A stretch of 64,000 nt of DNA from Eledone cirrhosa (lineage: Eukaryota), in the NCBI GenBank assembly GCA_964016885.1, contig OZ024743.1, positions 170,438,001-170,502,000 of the forward strand, written 5' to 3'. This document shows, piece by piece, positions 1 to 11,873 of the stretch (position 1 is the first letter of the stretch; each line of letters starts with the position of its first letter). The notes under the pieces were generated by a model that was not told where the DNA came from, did not search any database, and worked only from the letters and a program-made list of their open reading frames with translations. Position numbers and translations under genes: made by a program.

Positions 1-125
1 GGCACCCCCATTTCAACTGCTTGTATTTGTGATCATATTCTTTCAGTCATTACCCAAGATTCATGACCATAGTTGGCATGACTACCGAATTGAAGATAAC
101 GAGTTTGGCTTTTATGCTTCTGCTT
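1..125 (-). mobile_element. RTE LINE family 2 fragment (post-RT region)
   Basis: Matches 59060-59175 and 61820-61915 (tcattacccaagattcatgaccatag...gaagat...gtttggctttt), which encode the LxYGHESWVMT motif on the minus strand. Confidence 0.65.
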
Positions 126-224
126 CAATGAAACAGAATCACACATTTTCAAAAGTTCCTGTTTAAATTAAATCTTCCGACATAATTTTCATAAATTATG
201 TATGGTGCGAATACCATCTAATTA

Positions 225-750
225 GTAATGAAGGAGATTACTTTGAGAGCATCATAGCTCATAAGAACTGGATGGAAAAAGTTCAGAGAGCTTGTTGACA
301 GCAAAAGGTTTGAAAGAAAGGCTATCTGTATGATGCATGTATGTGAAGTGATGCAAGAAAGTGAAACATGGGCAAAAAATGTAGAGGATATGCAAAAGCT
401 AGAGAAAAATGAAGCACACAGGCTTCGATGGATATGTAATGTTAATAAGTATGAACAACAACACATGGATCAGCTGAGAGAAAAGTTGGGTATAAGAAGA
501 ATCAGATGTAGTGTGCAAGAGAGAAGACTCTGCTGGTATGGACATATGATGCATAGGATGAAGAAGTGCTAAAAATCCTTGTGGAAGGAAGCTTCAGTAG
601 AAGGTGACGAAGGAAGATCTGGGCAGAGATTGCGAGAGCTGTTCTCAAATTGTTGAAACTCACAGAGGAGATGACGTAGGGATTCTGTACTTAATGGAAA
701 AGACCCACCCAACCCATGCATGCATGGAAAAGCAGACATAAAACAATGAT
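225..750 (+). mobile_element. RTE LINE family 1, 3' fragment
   Basis: ORF 330-572 has SETW...LRWICNV...RRLCWYGH, homologous to the C-terminus of the copies at 38.6 and 54.4 kb, followed by the 3' tail. Confidence 0.85.
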
Positions 751-892
751 GTTGCTACTGGTGATGATATATACATACATATGTATTTTACACATATGTG
801 AATATTTACCTGCTATCTGCATGTGCACGTGTGGATTTGTTGTGTGTTTTAACACCCTGCTTGCTATAAACACATGTAGATGCTGGAAGCAA

Positions 893-1077
893 TAATTGTT
901 TCTGCTTTTGGCACAAGGCCAGCAATTATCCCAGTGCATTATTTTATTTTATCGACCCCGTAAGGATGAAAGGCAAAGTTAACCTCGGCGGGATTTGAAC
1001 TCAGACCATAAAGGACTGTAACTTTTTGCTGCAAAGCATGACGTCCGACCCGCTACCGATACTGCCAATCCACCACC
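893..1077 (-). mobile_element. tRNA-derived SINE (family S1)
   Basis: A-box-like TGGCAGTATCGG, B-box GAGTTCAAATCCC, central GCCTTTCATCCTTACGGGGTCGATAAAAT, 3' GAAACAATT. At least 9 copies or partial copies in the window. Confidence 0.9.
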
Positions 1078-1397
1078 TTAACAATAATGAAAGAGTGGCA
1101 GAGAAGGTGGAGAGATAAGTAAAAGAGAAAAGGTGGAGAATTCAGTCAACTACTGGGTGATGTAATATGATTCTAGGGTGTGGGTACCAATTTCTGGCAA
1201 TATTCACTCTCAAATACTTTATGGTATGGTCATTTTAAATTCATTAAACTAATGTTGTATATAAACTTATGCATATATATATTTATGTGAGAGTGTGTGG
1301 TTTTATGTAAAAGGTAAACAGATATAACAAAAATAACAAAACAAAAAGCACAGTACATGGAAGAAATATATTAGTTGATCACTTGAAATAGCAGGAA

Positions 1398-1439
1398 GAG
1401 TGTCTTAACGTTTCGAACACTAGTCCTTCATCAGACACC
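1398..1439 (-). ncRNA. Minimal type I hammerhead ribozyme (PLE terminal-repeat remnant)
   Basis: Reverse complement reads gtgt CTGATGA a ggac-tagt-gttc GAAA cgt TA agacac. Confidence 0.6.
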
Positions 1440-2190
1440 AGTATCTGTCCTTAGGGCATCAATATATGTCATCCTCGGTCTCCCTCTTCTAGTGTGTCTG
1501 TGTAGGGGATCCCAAAGGACCATTGAGTGCAGTGTCAACTCTGAATGTTGGTGAGCATGTCCAGCTAACCTCAGTCTCCTCTGTGCTACTTTCAAGCTGA
1601 CTTTGGGGATTCTCATGTACAGCTCTGAGTTCTCCACCCTCAGTGTATACTGATTAATGATCAGAGCCATCCTCAGCATTCTGAGTGAGTCTTTTGGTCA
1701 GTGTCCAAGTCTCAGACCTGTACAGCAGTACAGACTCCACTGTAGCGACAAAGAGGTGAATTTTCAGGTCATTACAAAGGTCCAACTGCCACACCGACCT
1801 CAAACTGTGACACATCACCCAGGCATTGCTCTTCCTCTCCAGCACATCTGTGTTCCCAATGTGTTCTCAATCTTTGCTCCCAGATACAGAAAGTCCTCAA
1901 CCAACTCTGGTGGCTTCCCACCTACATTCATAATCTCTGGCTTTTTAATGTTCTGTACCAGATACTTCATCTTACTCTCATTCATTCTCAGCCCCACACT
2001 CCTCGACACAGTCTCCACCCCCTGCATCAACTCCTCTGCCTCCTTCACTGTGTTTGTCACCAGAACTACGTTGTCAGTAAATTCAGCATCTGATATCTTT
2101 TTAGCCTTAACTCTCCTGCTCCGAGCTAGCGCAACAGTAAAGCCCAAGTCCTGGTGTTTTTCCATTGCAAGGCGCATACAATAGTCCACT
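1431..2190 (-). mobile_element. RTE-group LINE family 3, degraded RT and C-terminus
   Basis: ORFs with FTDN (degenerate YADD), GLRMNESKMK, FLYLG, ATVESVLLYRSETWTLTK, RLRLAGH, RGRPRMTY. Confidence 0.85.
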
Positions 2191-2207
2191 GTGATGATAA
2201 TGTATCT

Positions 2208-3535
2208 CCCTGCTTTCGCCCTTAACAGGATCTTCTGAAATTAAAAAAGAAACCAATCTGTGAACGCAAAAGTAAATATTTCGAAAAACGTTGCAACCGA
2301 AGGAAGTCAGGAAGACGATATTTTGGTTCGTGAAGACGTTCCCTGGCAATGAATGGAAAAAAAGCGAAGATAATACGTCGTTATGTGGAGCAATGAGAAC
2401 AAATAGACGCAAAGACAAAACCATGTCTATGGTATAAATGGAGTGGTAGACCAATATTCTATTTAGGAAATATTTAAGAATAATGAAAATAAAATTAAAA
2501 TAATAATAATTAAACACATATGTACATAAACCCGTGCGACACATGTACCCGCACACCTACGAACGTATACACCAAATACACATAAAAAATATATGTGTGT
2601 ATACATATATACATATTATATGTGTGTGTATACATGTTTACATATAATTATATAAACGTATATAAATAACACACATAAATACGTATATAACGCACACACA
2701 CACATACCTACAGGTAAATACACATATTTTCACCAAACGTATGTATACCAAAACTCAATGTGCACATACACACCTTACATCTGTACAAACACGCATACAC
2801 AGACTAACACAAAATACACATAACCATATACACATATACCAGAATAATATTATATAGACCTATAACAAATACAAGCATATATATACGTACGAGAAATTAT
2901 ACGTACCTCCAGAAACATACAGGTAAGGTATACTTACCTATACAAATAAGTAATGGTATAAACATAAAATATACTTAGCTACCACAGCAAGACATAAATT
3001 ATCCGCGTATTGTTTGTACTATCCGTTAGGGTATAATACAGGAAAGTTTTATACAATTTATGTTTACAAGCCGAAATTGCCTCACATTTTTGTTTAAGAT
3101 GTGGTCATTGGCTTAGAGTATTTCCAGGGCTTCAGCGACGTTTGCGCCGCTGAAGCCCTGGTCATTTATTCCATTATACGCATTATTCGCATTATTCGCA
3201 TAGTCATTTATTTCCATTATACGATCTAGCTTCAGCTAGGATCTCCCAGTGTAACCTATATTGGGTGTGGTTGTCTTTTAGACTCCAGATATGAGCTGAA
3301 AGTGACGTCATATTCTTACTTAAAGAATTAAGAAAAGAATGGGTGTGCATGTAAAGACACTGCTTCAATTTATTGGCAGTTAACCCTATGTAGGCCCTAC
3401 TAGACGTGGGTGTGTTGACCTTACATTTGTAGACAATGTTACTGGAGAGGCATTGCCCGGATAGAGGGCAGTCAACCCGATTCCTAGAATTACAGTTAGT
3501 ACTAGCTACAGGGTTGCACGTGTTACTACGGCTAG
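2208..3535 (-). mobile_element. 5'-truncated Penelope-like element: GIY-YIG endonuclease pseudogene (about 3045-3530), long 3' UTR and HHR half
   Basis: Manual translation of the minus strand: NCNSRNRVDCPLSGQCLSSNIVYKCKV...AYIGLTANKLK...HTHSF...TSLSAHIWSLKD...WEI...LNKKCEAISACKH. A CAGAAGA...GAAA motif lies at about 2212-2240. Confidence 0.85.
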
Positions 3536-3559
3536 ATAATTTATATTATATATATTATA

Positions 3560-3750
3560 GGGGCGGTAGATTGGCAGTATCGGTATAGGGTCAGACGCCA
3601 TGATTTGCAGCAAAGAGTTACGGCCCTTTATGGTCTGAGTTCAAATCCCGCCGAGGTTAACTTTGCCTTTCATCCTTACAGAGTCGATAAAATAAAGTAC
3701 CAGTAATGTACAAGGTAATAGCTGGCCTTGTGCCAAATGTAGAAACAATT
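3560..3750 (+). mobile_element. tRNA-derived SINE (family S1)
   Basis: Full-length match to the S1 consensus, inserted in TA-rich sequence. Confidence 0.9.
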
Positions 3751-3831
3751 ATATATATGATATATATATATGTGATATATATATATTATATATTATATAT
3801 ATATATATATTATATATATTATATATATATA

Positions 3832-4157
3832 TCATCATCATCACCGTTTTACGCCCGTTCTTCCACGCTAGCATGGGTTAGACGGGTTGTCCTGTAGTGG
3901 GCAGTGTCTGGTCGGCTGACCATGCCTTGCTCATACAGGAACTGATTTGGCTTGATTTCTACAGCTGGATGCCCTTCCTAACACCAACCTCATTTACAGT
4001 GAGTGCTGGGTGCTTTTTCGTGGCGCCTACACGTCCACTTTACAGTGTGGGCTGGATGCTTTTTTGCCGTGGCACCTCTACGACCACCTTGCAGTGGGGG
4101 GGGGGGGCATATTGTCTATATGCTTCAGCTTGTACCCATGGGAGGTCGGGTACTCTG
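3832..4157 (-). mobile_element. RTE 3'-UTR-derived short repeat with (GAT)n tail
   Basis: Near-identical to 54208-54550, the 3' UTR of the RTE at 54.2-55.8 kb. Contains GGAAGGGCATCCAGCTGTAG. Confidence 0.85.
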
Positions 4158-4182
4158 TATTATATATATATATATATTATAT

Positions 4183-4232
<50 letters not shown>

Positions 4233-4340
4233 AATTCAAAAAATTTATTTATTATAACAGATTCAAAGCACTCTACAAGTTTCCTGGAGTATAATATCAA
4301 TGATATTAATAAATGGAAACTATATTTATAAAACCATATT

Positions 4341-4404
4341 TATTTTATTATATATATTTCAAGGGTACCAAAAAAACTTTGGTACGCTCTCATCAGATAA
4401 AATA
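4341..4404 (-). ncRNA. Type I hammerhead ribozyme, PLE terminal-repeat family A (repeat spans about 4232-4465)
   Basis: Reverse complement: tattttat CTGATGA gagc gtaccaaa...tttggtac cctt GAAA tatata TA ataaaata. Stem I is 8 bp. Confidence 0.8.
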
Positions 4405-4464
4405 CAAAATTTGTTTTATAATTAGTGACATACCCGATAAACCAGACCTTAACGGTTCAGGATC

Positions 4465-7190
4465 CATCTCAGCCTTCTCTCCTGCACCCCGCAACTTATC
4501 CCTCTTATACCCAGTTTCTTTCTCAACTCGTCCATGCTTGGTCATTCACACACATTGACATTGCACATCCAACGGAGCATACTTGCTTCATTTCTCTCCA
4601 CCGTCGCATATCCTCTGCAGTTACTGCCCATGTCTCACTAATATGCAGCATCGCGCATCTCACATAGGCATCATATAACCGTCCTTTCGTATGCAGGGAG
4701 AAACCCTTCTTTGTCAACAGAGGAAGCAGCTCCCTAAACTTCTTCCAGCTCATCCTTACTCTAGATACTATGGCCTTGGATCTCCCTCCCATGCTAATCT
4801 GATCACCTAGGTACCAGAAGCTATCAACCACTTCTATAGAACCCACCTGCATTGGAAAAATGTACCCAAGATCCGCATTGCGTACATTTTATGGAATGTA
4901 TGCCAGTTCCTTTCCTACATATCGAACATGGCCATTTCCCTGATGGAACCAGGGTATTGTCCTCTCTTTTAATTATCAACATTTTTGTCTTAGCTATGTT
5001 CACTCTCAGGCCTCTTGATTCCAACTGCTGTTTCCATAGCCAGAATTTATTCTCTAGCTCCTCTACTGATTCTGCTATAAGAACCAGATCATCAGCATAG
5101 AGAAGGTCCCCTGGGCATCCAGTCTTAAACTCCTCTGTTATGGCTTGGAGGACTATAATGAACAAGAACGGGCTGAGGACCAAAGCCTGATGTACACCTA
5201 CTTATATCTGGAATTCCTCACTAAACTCCATTCCTAGTCTCACTTTACTGACAGTACCCCTGTACATAGCTTGCACTGTCCTCACAAGCCATTCCTCTAC
5301 ACCTAGTTTCCTTAGGGACCACCAGATGACAGATCGGGTTACCCTATCAAAGGCCTTCTCTAGGTCAACAAAAGCTTAGTGGCTTATTCTTCTCTAAGAA
5401 CCTCTCTTGTAGTTGCCTCACTAAGAAGAGGGCGCAGTTGTACTTTTCCGGGGCACAAAACCACACTTCATCTCATCTAATTTGACCTTTTCTCTAATCA
5501 GTTGCACTAATATTCTCTCTGCCACTTTCATAACCTGATCCATCAGTTTTATGCCCCTATAATTGCTCCTCTCTAGAGCATCCCCTTTACCTTTGTAGCA
5601 ATTTATGAGAATACTGCTGAACCAGTCTTTGGGTATGACACCACCATATATAGTCGGATTAATGATGTGTGCAACTAGTTAAGTGCCTACTTCTCCTGAT
5701 GCCTTCAGAATCTCAGCAACTATCGCCAACGCTCCAGCAGCCTTACCATTCTTCATTTCCTTAATTATCTCTTGAACCCTATATTCGTCAATCTCAATAG
5801 CTGGTCCCTCTGTCAGGTCTACTGGGGGTAATTTCTCTCTCTCCCATTCATTCTCCACATTCATCAGTCTCTCATAATGACATTTCCAGGCCTCCTTTTT
5901 TTGATCATTCGTGACTCTAAGTACACCGGCATCATTCCGGACACACTTATCTCCAACAATATCCTGATTTGCACTGACACACTGCCTTGCAATGCGGAAC
6001 ACCGCACGTCTCTGATCTTCCCGTCGCAGAACATTGGCAAACCTCCTACTCTCAGCCTCCCTGCGTGCTAAGTACACCTGACGTCTAGCTTCTCTCTTTT
6101 CCATGCCTTCCATGCATGTCTCTAATGGCCCTATCTACTGTGCTGTTCCACCACCAGGTCACTCTCAGTCTGTTTGAAGCTCTGCCCCAACCACAAGTTT
6201 CTTCAGTAGCCTGCAGTAAGTTGTCACGCAAGAAATTCCAGTTATCATCTATGTCATAGAACTCTAAATCGGCTGCTTTTTCGTCATACACATCTTGAAG
6301 GGCTTTGCTAAATTTATATTTTAATGAAAGGTCTTTTAGCTTCCAGTCCTTTCTTTTCCACACCTCTCTGTATGTCTCATTCTTTCTCTTGCTTACTGAG
6401 ATGTCACTAATGACTAACCTATGCTGTGGGGTACATTCTTCCCCGGGGTATGCCTTAGTATTTGACACCATCTGTCTGTCTTGCTGTCTAACTAGGAGTC
6501 AATGTGGCTTATGTGCTCGCTTGATTTGTAAGTTATTACGTGGTTGGTAGGCTTCTGGAAGTTAGTGTTGCAAATGGTTAGTGCATTTGCATCACAAAAT
6601 TCAAGAAGCCTCACTCCTTCATCTCTTGAACTGTAACTGTGCCCAACATGTACCCCACTGTATCCATCCCGGAGCTGTCCAACATGACCATTGAAGTCCC
6701 CTGCTAGCATAACGATGTCTCTGTCCTCTGTCATTGAGGCTGTTTCTAAAAGTTGCTCATAAAACGCAGTCTTTCTCTTCTTTACCTAGGCCTGCCTGGG
6801 GAGCATAGGCAGAGATGATTGTCAGTAGTCACTTGCCTACAACTAATCTAAGCTTAATTATACTATTACCAACTCTCACTACCTCTATTGTCTTATTGAT
6901 CCCTCTCTCAGCCAGTAATATGCCCACCCCCACACATCATCATTACCCACCCTGAAAAACTTATAACTACGATGTTTGCCTGCAATTAGTCTTGCAGAGG
7001 CACCTCTCCATCCCACCTCTTGCACACAGCACACATCCATATGCCATGTAACGTCTTGTTCTTTTTCCTGTTGTGTGATTGCCTGATGACGGTCATGGGG
7101 CTCTCACACATGGCCTCACTAGCCACCCCACTACCATGCGCAGCCCTAATATGGTTAGCGTTATTGCTGTTTACGCAGCTGGTTTTGTGC
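4465..7190 (-). mobile_element. RTE LINE family 1, degraded APE+RT ORF
   Basis: GDFNGHVG and HRLV (APE); QGxVLSP, LLYADDL and FWYLG (RT); many frameshifts. Confidence 0.93.
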
Positions 7191-7997
7191 GTTTGTTAAA
7201 GAGACATTGAGGAAGTAGTTTTGAGAAAGGAAGAGTGCAATAACAATTCATATGCAGGCATGTGGATAGTGTAACTGCGTAAGTTATATACATGAGGAGG
7301 AGACAAGCAAGGCATATATAGATGAATAAATACTGCACTTTAAGCAAATATGTTAATGTATTAGAATCTATGGTGGATGTTGAATGTTGATGGTGTTCGA
7401 ATTAATGTGTGTTGAGAAACACAGTTTTTGCAGACTTTTCCATGACATGTGTTGAATTAAATTTTAGTTAATGTTTATATTGAATGTTTTAAGTTAGTTA
7501 GATCAATGGATTGTAAATTAGTCTTAATGAATTCATATTCATTTTCTATATTTGATCAGCTGTTAAATTTTCAATCGTTAATTTCCTCAATGCCTCTTTA
7601 ATATTTGGACTATTCCCTTGTTTTAAATGTTGCATGTATTCCACTCCGTGCTTTTGATTTTAATTTAATTTGAATCTGAATTTGAATTTGCACTTGAATG
7701 TTTGTACAATTATTGTACAATTCTCGTAAAATAAATGTCACATCCATTCCACCCTGTAAATACGAAACTGTTGCTCACAACATCAATTTATATGTATATA
7801 TATTATTGTTCAGTTGAATAGGATGTTAATTATATGTGCAAACATTGATAATGCTTGGATGACTCCAAACGAGAGTTTGGAAGAAACGATTGTCAGCTAT
7901 TAAATGATTTGAACACAACTTTGATAATTATATAATGTATTTATTTATATATATATAAATATATATATATATATTTATATGTATGTGTATATATACA

Positions 7998-8938
7998 GTA
8001 TGGCCTTACCGTGGGAAATGGATGGAACCGCGACAGAAATTGCAACTGCCAATACAGGGGACGCTGCCCCTTAGAGGATACTGCTTGACTGATAGGGTTA
8101 TATATATGCACTGTAACTAGCCACAATAGCGTTAAACATTATATAGGGGATACCTCCGGCCCATTCAAAATTAGGTTTCGAACACATCTCCACTCTTTCA
8201 CAAATAAGAAATTAAGACACTCTTCTTCGCTCGAGGACTACATCACATCATTAAAGGACTTAAACATCAGCTTCTCCACGCACTGGAATATTGTCGGCAG
8301 GGCTGCACCATACAACTTCAAGAGGAAGTGCGATCTTTGCCTCATGGAGCTCTACCACACCATAACTGCACCCCACAAGCTCATCAACAGCAGAGCTGAA
8401 ACAGCGATAAGTTGTACACATCGCTTTAAAATATCCTTCTTCAGATGGGTTAAGGATGAGGAGTGAAACCGTGTACCGGATCTCCCTGCAACAAGTTTTA
8501 ATACCCCGGTGGGCAGGCGCTGCAAAATAACACCCAGAAAACTAACCATGCATACCAGACCCAGCCTCAAACGACCCAGGCAAACAGGTGCGGAAAAACA
8601 AACATCTCAAAATAAGCGTTGATTACATGACCCTGTGCGTATCGACAATGGTAAGGTTGTAACCACATCTTGTAATGGATAAAAATTTGTCCGGGAAAGA
8701 CTGCCCTAACACCGGCCAGAGTTACCTCCCTTGACCTGCTCCAAAATCAAAACACGCTATTTTTGCGAGCAATGAATCTTGACATGAACCTAACCCCAAA
8801 AACTCTTTCCGAGCAATGTAAGGAACATTTTTGGTTATTTATGCCCTTGAGAAGCCCAACTGGGCGAAACGTACGTAGGTGCTGTTTTAAATAAACATGT
8901 TTTAACGGTCTATTCTCCGATTTCTTACTTTTCCACGT
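7998..8938 (+). mobile_element. 5'-truncated Penelope-like element (GIY-YIG domain about 8041-8466) flanked by (TA)n
   Basis: Manual translation with two compensating frameshifts: CNCQYRGRCPL.G.CLTDRVIY.CTV...HYIGDTSGPFKIRFRTHLHSF...CDLCLME...LINSRAE..SCTH. HHR at 8843-8882. Confidence 0.88.
8843..8882 (+). ncRNA. Hammerhead ribozyme, U3:A8 core variant
   Basis: gccc TTGAGAA gccc-aact-gggc GAAA cgtacg TA ggtgc. Confidence 0.7.
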
Positions 8939-9003
8939 GTGTATATATATATATATATATAAATGTAATGAAGGAGTAACCAATCGTCCTTGTTATCCTT
9001 TCA

Positions 9004-9039
<36 letters not shown>

Positions 9040-9234
9040 CGAAGGAAATGTGGTAAGGAACCAGGTGGACCATAACGCACCAAAGTACTCAATACTTAGC
9101 GTAGTAGAGTGGGTAATAGGAACGAGTAGGACCCCGACGGCTGAGCTCAAGCCGTTTCGACGGCTAATTCTGGACTCCAGAATTAGCCGTCGAAACGGCT
9201 TGAGCTCCGCCGTCGGGGTCCTGCTCGTTCCTAT
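9040..9234. repeat. TA-embedded hairpin element (arms 9116-9174 / 9176-9234), each arm carrying the 3' half of an HHR
   Basis: About 59-bp arms with 2 mismatches. GAAA cggct-tgagctc-agccg TC forms stem III and a GUC site. Confidence 0.85.
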
Positions 9235-9259
9235 ATATATATATATATATATATATATT

Positions 9260-9602
9260 TAAAAGTTAAACAAGGTTCAATGAATACATCAAAGAATGAG
9301 TTTTACAATAGATTGGAAGCACTCAACAGTTAAAATGGTTTCCAGAGTTATTAATATTAATTCAAAATATTAACAAAATAGATATTCTTGTGATCAATTA
9401 TATTTTATTATACATATTTCAGAGGTACTGAGTTAAGTTCAACAGTACGTCCTCATCAGATAAAATAGAATGATGCATGACATAGTAGATGGTTAAGATT
9501 CAGTCATGGTAGCCATGACTGAATCTTAACCATAAATGAAATATGTATAATAAAATATAATTGATCACAAGAATATCTATTTTGTTAATATTTTGAATTA
9601 AT
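9260..9602. repeat. Family A PLE terminal-repeat hairpin; HHR on the minus strand at 9401-9467
   Basis: Central palindrome atggttaagattcagtcatgg-tag-ccatgactgaatcttaaccat. 9538-9602 is the reverse complement of about 9356-9421. HHR (rc): tattttat CTGATGA...GAAA tatgta TA ataaaata. Confidence 0.85.
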
Positions 9603-9616
9603 CTATCTATCTATCT

Positions 9617-9772
9617 AAGGCGGGTAAAATTCCCGAGATCCATGGACGAGTTCTCTCCAGCGGTCTCTGTCCCTCATTATCGCTGCCATATCCTGCATCT
9701 CCAACAGACCAGTGTCTGTCCTTAGGGCATCAACATATGTTAACCTTGGTCTTCCTCTTCTAGTGTGTCCAT
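9617..9772 (-). mobile_element. RTE-group family 3 3' end with (TAGA)n tail
   Basis: Shares ccagt.tctgtccttagggcatcaa.atatgt...cttctagtgtgtc with 1438-1499. Confidence 0.75.
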
Positions 9773-9795
9773 GAATTAATATGTATATTTATATA

Positions 9796-9841
<46 letters not shown>

Positions 9842-9849
<8 letters not shown>

Positions 9850-10220
9850 TAAAATAACAGATTAAAGTTTAAGCAAAGAATCGTTGCTTTCACCCTTAAC
9901 GGGATCTTCTGAAACTAACAAAGTCAATCTGTAAACGCAGAAGTGGATATTTCAAAAAACGTTGCAACCGGAGGAAGACAGGAAGACGATACGTCTTCCT
10001 CCGGTTGCAATGTTTTTTGAAATATCCACTCCTGTGTTTACAGATTGACTTTGTTAGTTTCAGAAGATCCCGTTAAAGGTGAAAGCAGCGATTCTTTGCT
10101 TAAACTTTAATCTGTTATTTTAATAAATATTTGCTCTACAGTTCTTATATATTTGATATATATTTATCCTTATCGAGCCCTCTTTGGAATTTAGTCTTCA
10201 AATTTATTATTATTACTATA
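9842..10220. repeat. TA-embedded head-to-head PLE terminal-repeat hairpin (arms about 9842-9979 / 9993-10130) with a CAGAAGA-core HHR in each arm
   Basis: About 138-bp near-perfect inverted repeat, homologous to the 3' end of the PLE at 2208-2320. Confidence 0.88.
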
Positions 10221-10242
10221 TATATATATATGTATGTATGTA

Positions 10243-11158
10243 TTCATTTCATTTCATTTCATTTGAGTTTGAGTCCATGCTCAGGCCAAGTCGAAGACTC
10301 CACCCTCAGAGTCTGGTGTGGTTGCCAGGTTGGATTCTCTGTTTAATTTTGACATGTGTAGGAGCGAGTTTGAGTCAGTTTGTGCTCATTGTGTATATCC
10401 TGGGAGATGGGGTTCATCTCTAATGGTGCTTAAGTATCTATCCAGCTGCAATTTGAATGATTCCACACTGCATCCTGATAGATTTCTGACATGTACCGGA
10501 ATGGAGTTGAATAGTTGTGTCCCTCTAACCAACAGACTTGACTCTCGCAGGGTTTTTGCGGCCTGGCCAGCCCTTTTGTTGATTGGTGGTAGCTGGCAGC
10601 GTCTTCCGTGGCGCAGTGAGTGGTAGGTTTTGATACCAAAGTTTGGCACCTTTTGCTCTATCATTTTCCAAATGTATATAATTTGGTATCGCTCAAATCT
10701 TCTTTCTATTGAGTACATCTTCAAGGTTCTGAGTCTTTGCCAATAGTCCAGGTCCCTCGTTTCTGAGAAGTATGAGGTAAAATTTCTTTGGAGCGATTCC
10801 ATCTTAGATAGTTGGCCCTTTGTTGTTGGTGACCACAACTGAGAACAGTAGTCAATCCTCGGAAGTATCATACTGTTCCAGAGGGTTTTCATTGTTGAGG
10901 TATCTCTTGATTTGCAGGTGTGCAAGATCCACCCGCTGTACTTTCTTGCAGTAAGACAGACTGAGTCAAGGTGTTCTCTGAATTTTAGGCTGGTTCCCAT
11001 GTGGATGCCTAAATCTTTCACACACTGTTTTTCCATTATTTGTTGTCCTGATGGGTTTCTGTAGTTTGTTGTATTTTTCAGATTTTGATCTGTTCCGTAA
11101 CGAATTAGTTCAAACTTCTTATCATTGAACAACATGTTGTTTGTTTCCTGCCATTTGT
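10243..11158 (-). mobile_element. CR1/L2-group LINE, 3' part of ORF2 with (GAAAT)n tail
   Basis: ORF 10386-11135: FNDKKF...VKDLGI...PRIDYCSQLWSP...ESLQRNFT...YWQRLRTLKMYSIERR. Confidence 0.85.
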
Positions 11159-11811
11159 GGTTAGGTCCTTTTGTAAGGCCTCTGTATCCACCTGTATATA
11201 TATATTTATATGTATGTATGTATGTATATATATATATATTTATATGTATGTATATATATATATTTATATGTATATATATATATATTTATATGTATATATA
11301 TATATATTTGTATGTATATATATATACATATATATATTTATATGTATGTATATATATAGTTATAACTCATAATTGATATATAAACAACTAATACATACGC
11401 AATTTATTAATATATATAGATATTTATATACATATAACCTATCCTAATGTAATAAGATAAAAATACTTACAACCATAATTCTTCATATAATTCTAATTGA
11501 TTATATATACTATATTATAACTCATAATATAGGTAAATAAACGTTGCCCCCCAAATTAACGTAAATACCAGCCCTTCTTCTTTTCTCTTCTTTCCTATGC
11601 ATACAATAACTTATCATAATTATTTAAATTTTTCATAGCGTCTAAAATAACTTTTTTTCATCCCTTTTACATAAACCTCATTTGCATACTCATCTTAATA
11701 ATTTGAAATATCTGAGTTTTCTTTCTTCTCTTCCCTTCACTATCCAGTGATAACTTGAACTGTTAAGGTATATTATCCTTGGTTATGTCAAAATTTATAA
11801 AACACACCTCG

Positions 11812-11873
11812 TATTTTATCTGATGATAGCATACCAAAATTGTTGGTACCCTTGAAATATATATAATAGAATA
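11812..11873 (+). ncRNA. Type I hammerhead ribozyme, family A
   Basis: tattttat CTGATGA tagc ataccaa-aattg-ttggtac cctt GAAA tatata TA atagaata. Confidence 0.75.

Noticed and set aside
3560-3655. tRNA gene
   Set aside because: The A/B boxes belong to a multi-copy SINE head and no full cloverleaf forms.
11125-11376. YI-rich ORFs (also near 3.7-4.3 kb and 15.0 kb)
   Set aside because: Translations of (TA)n.
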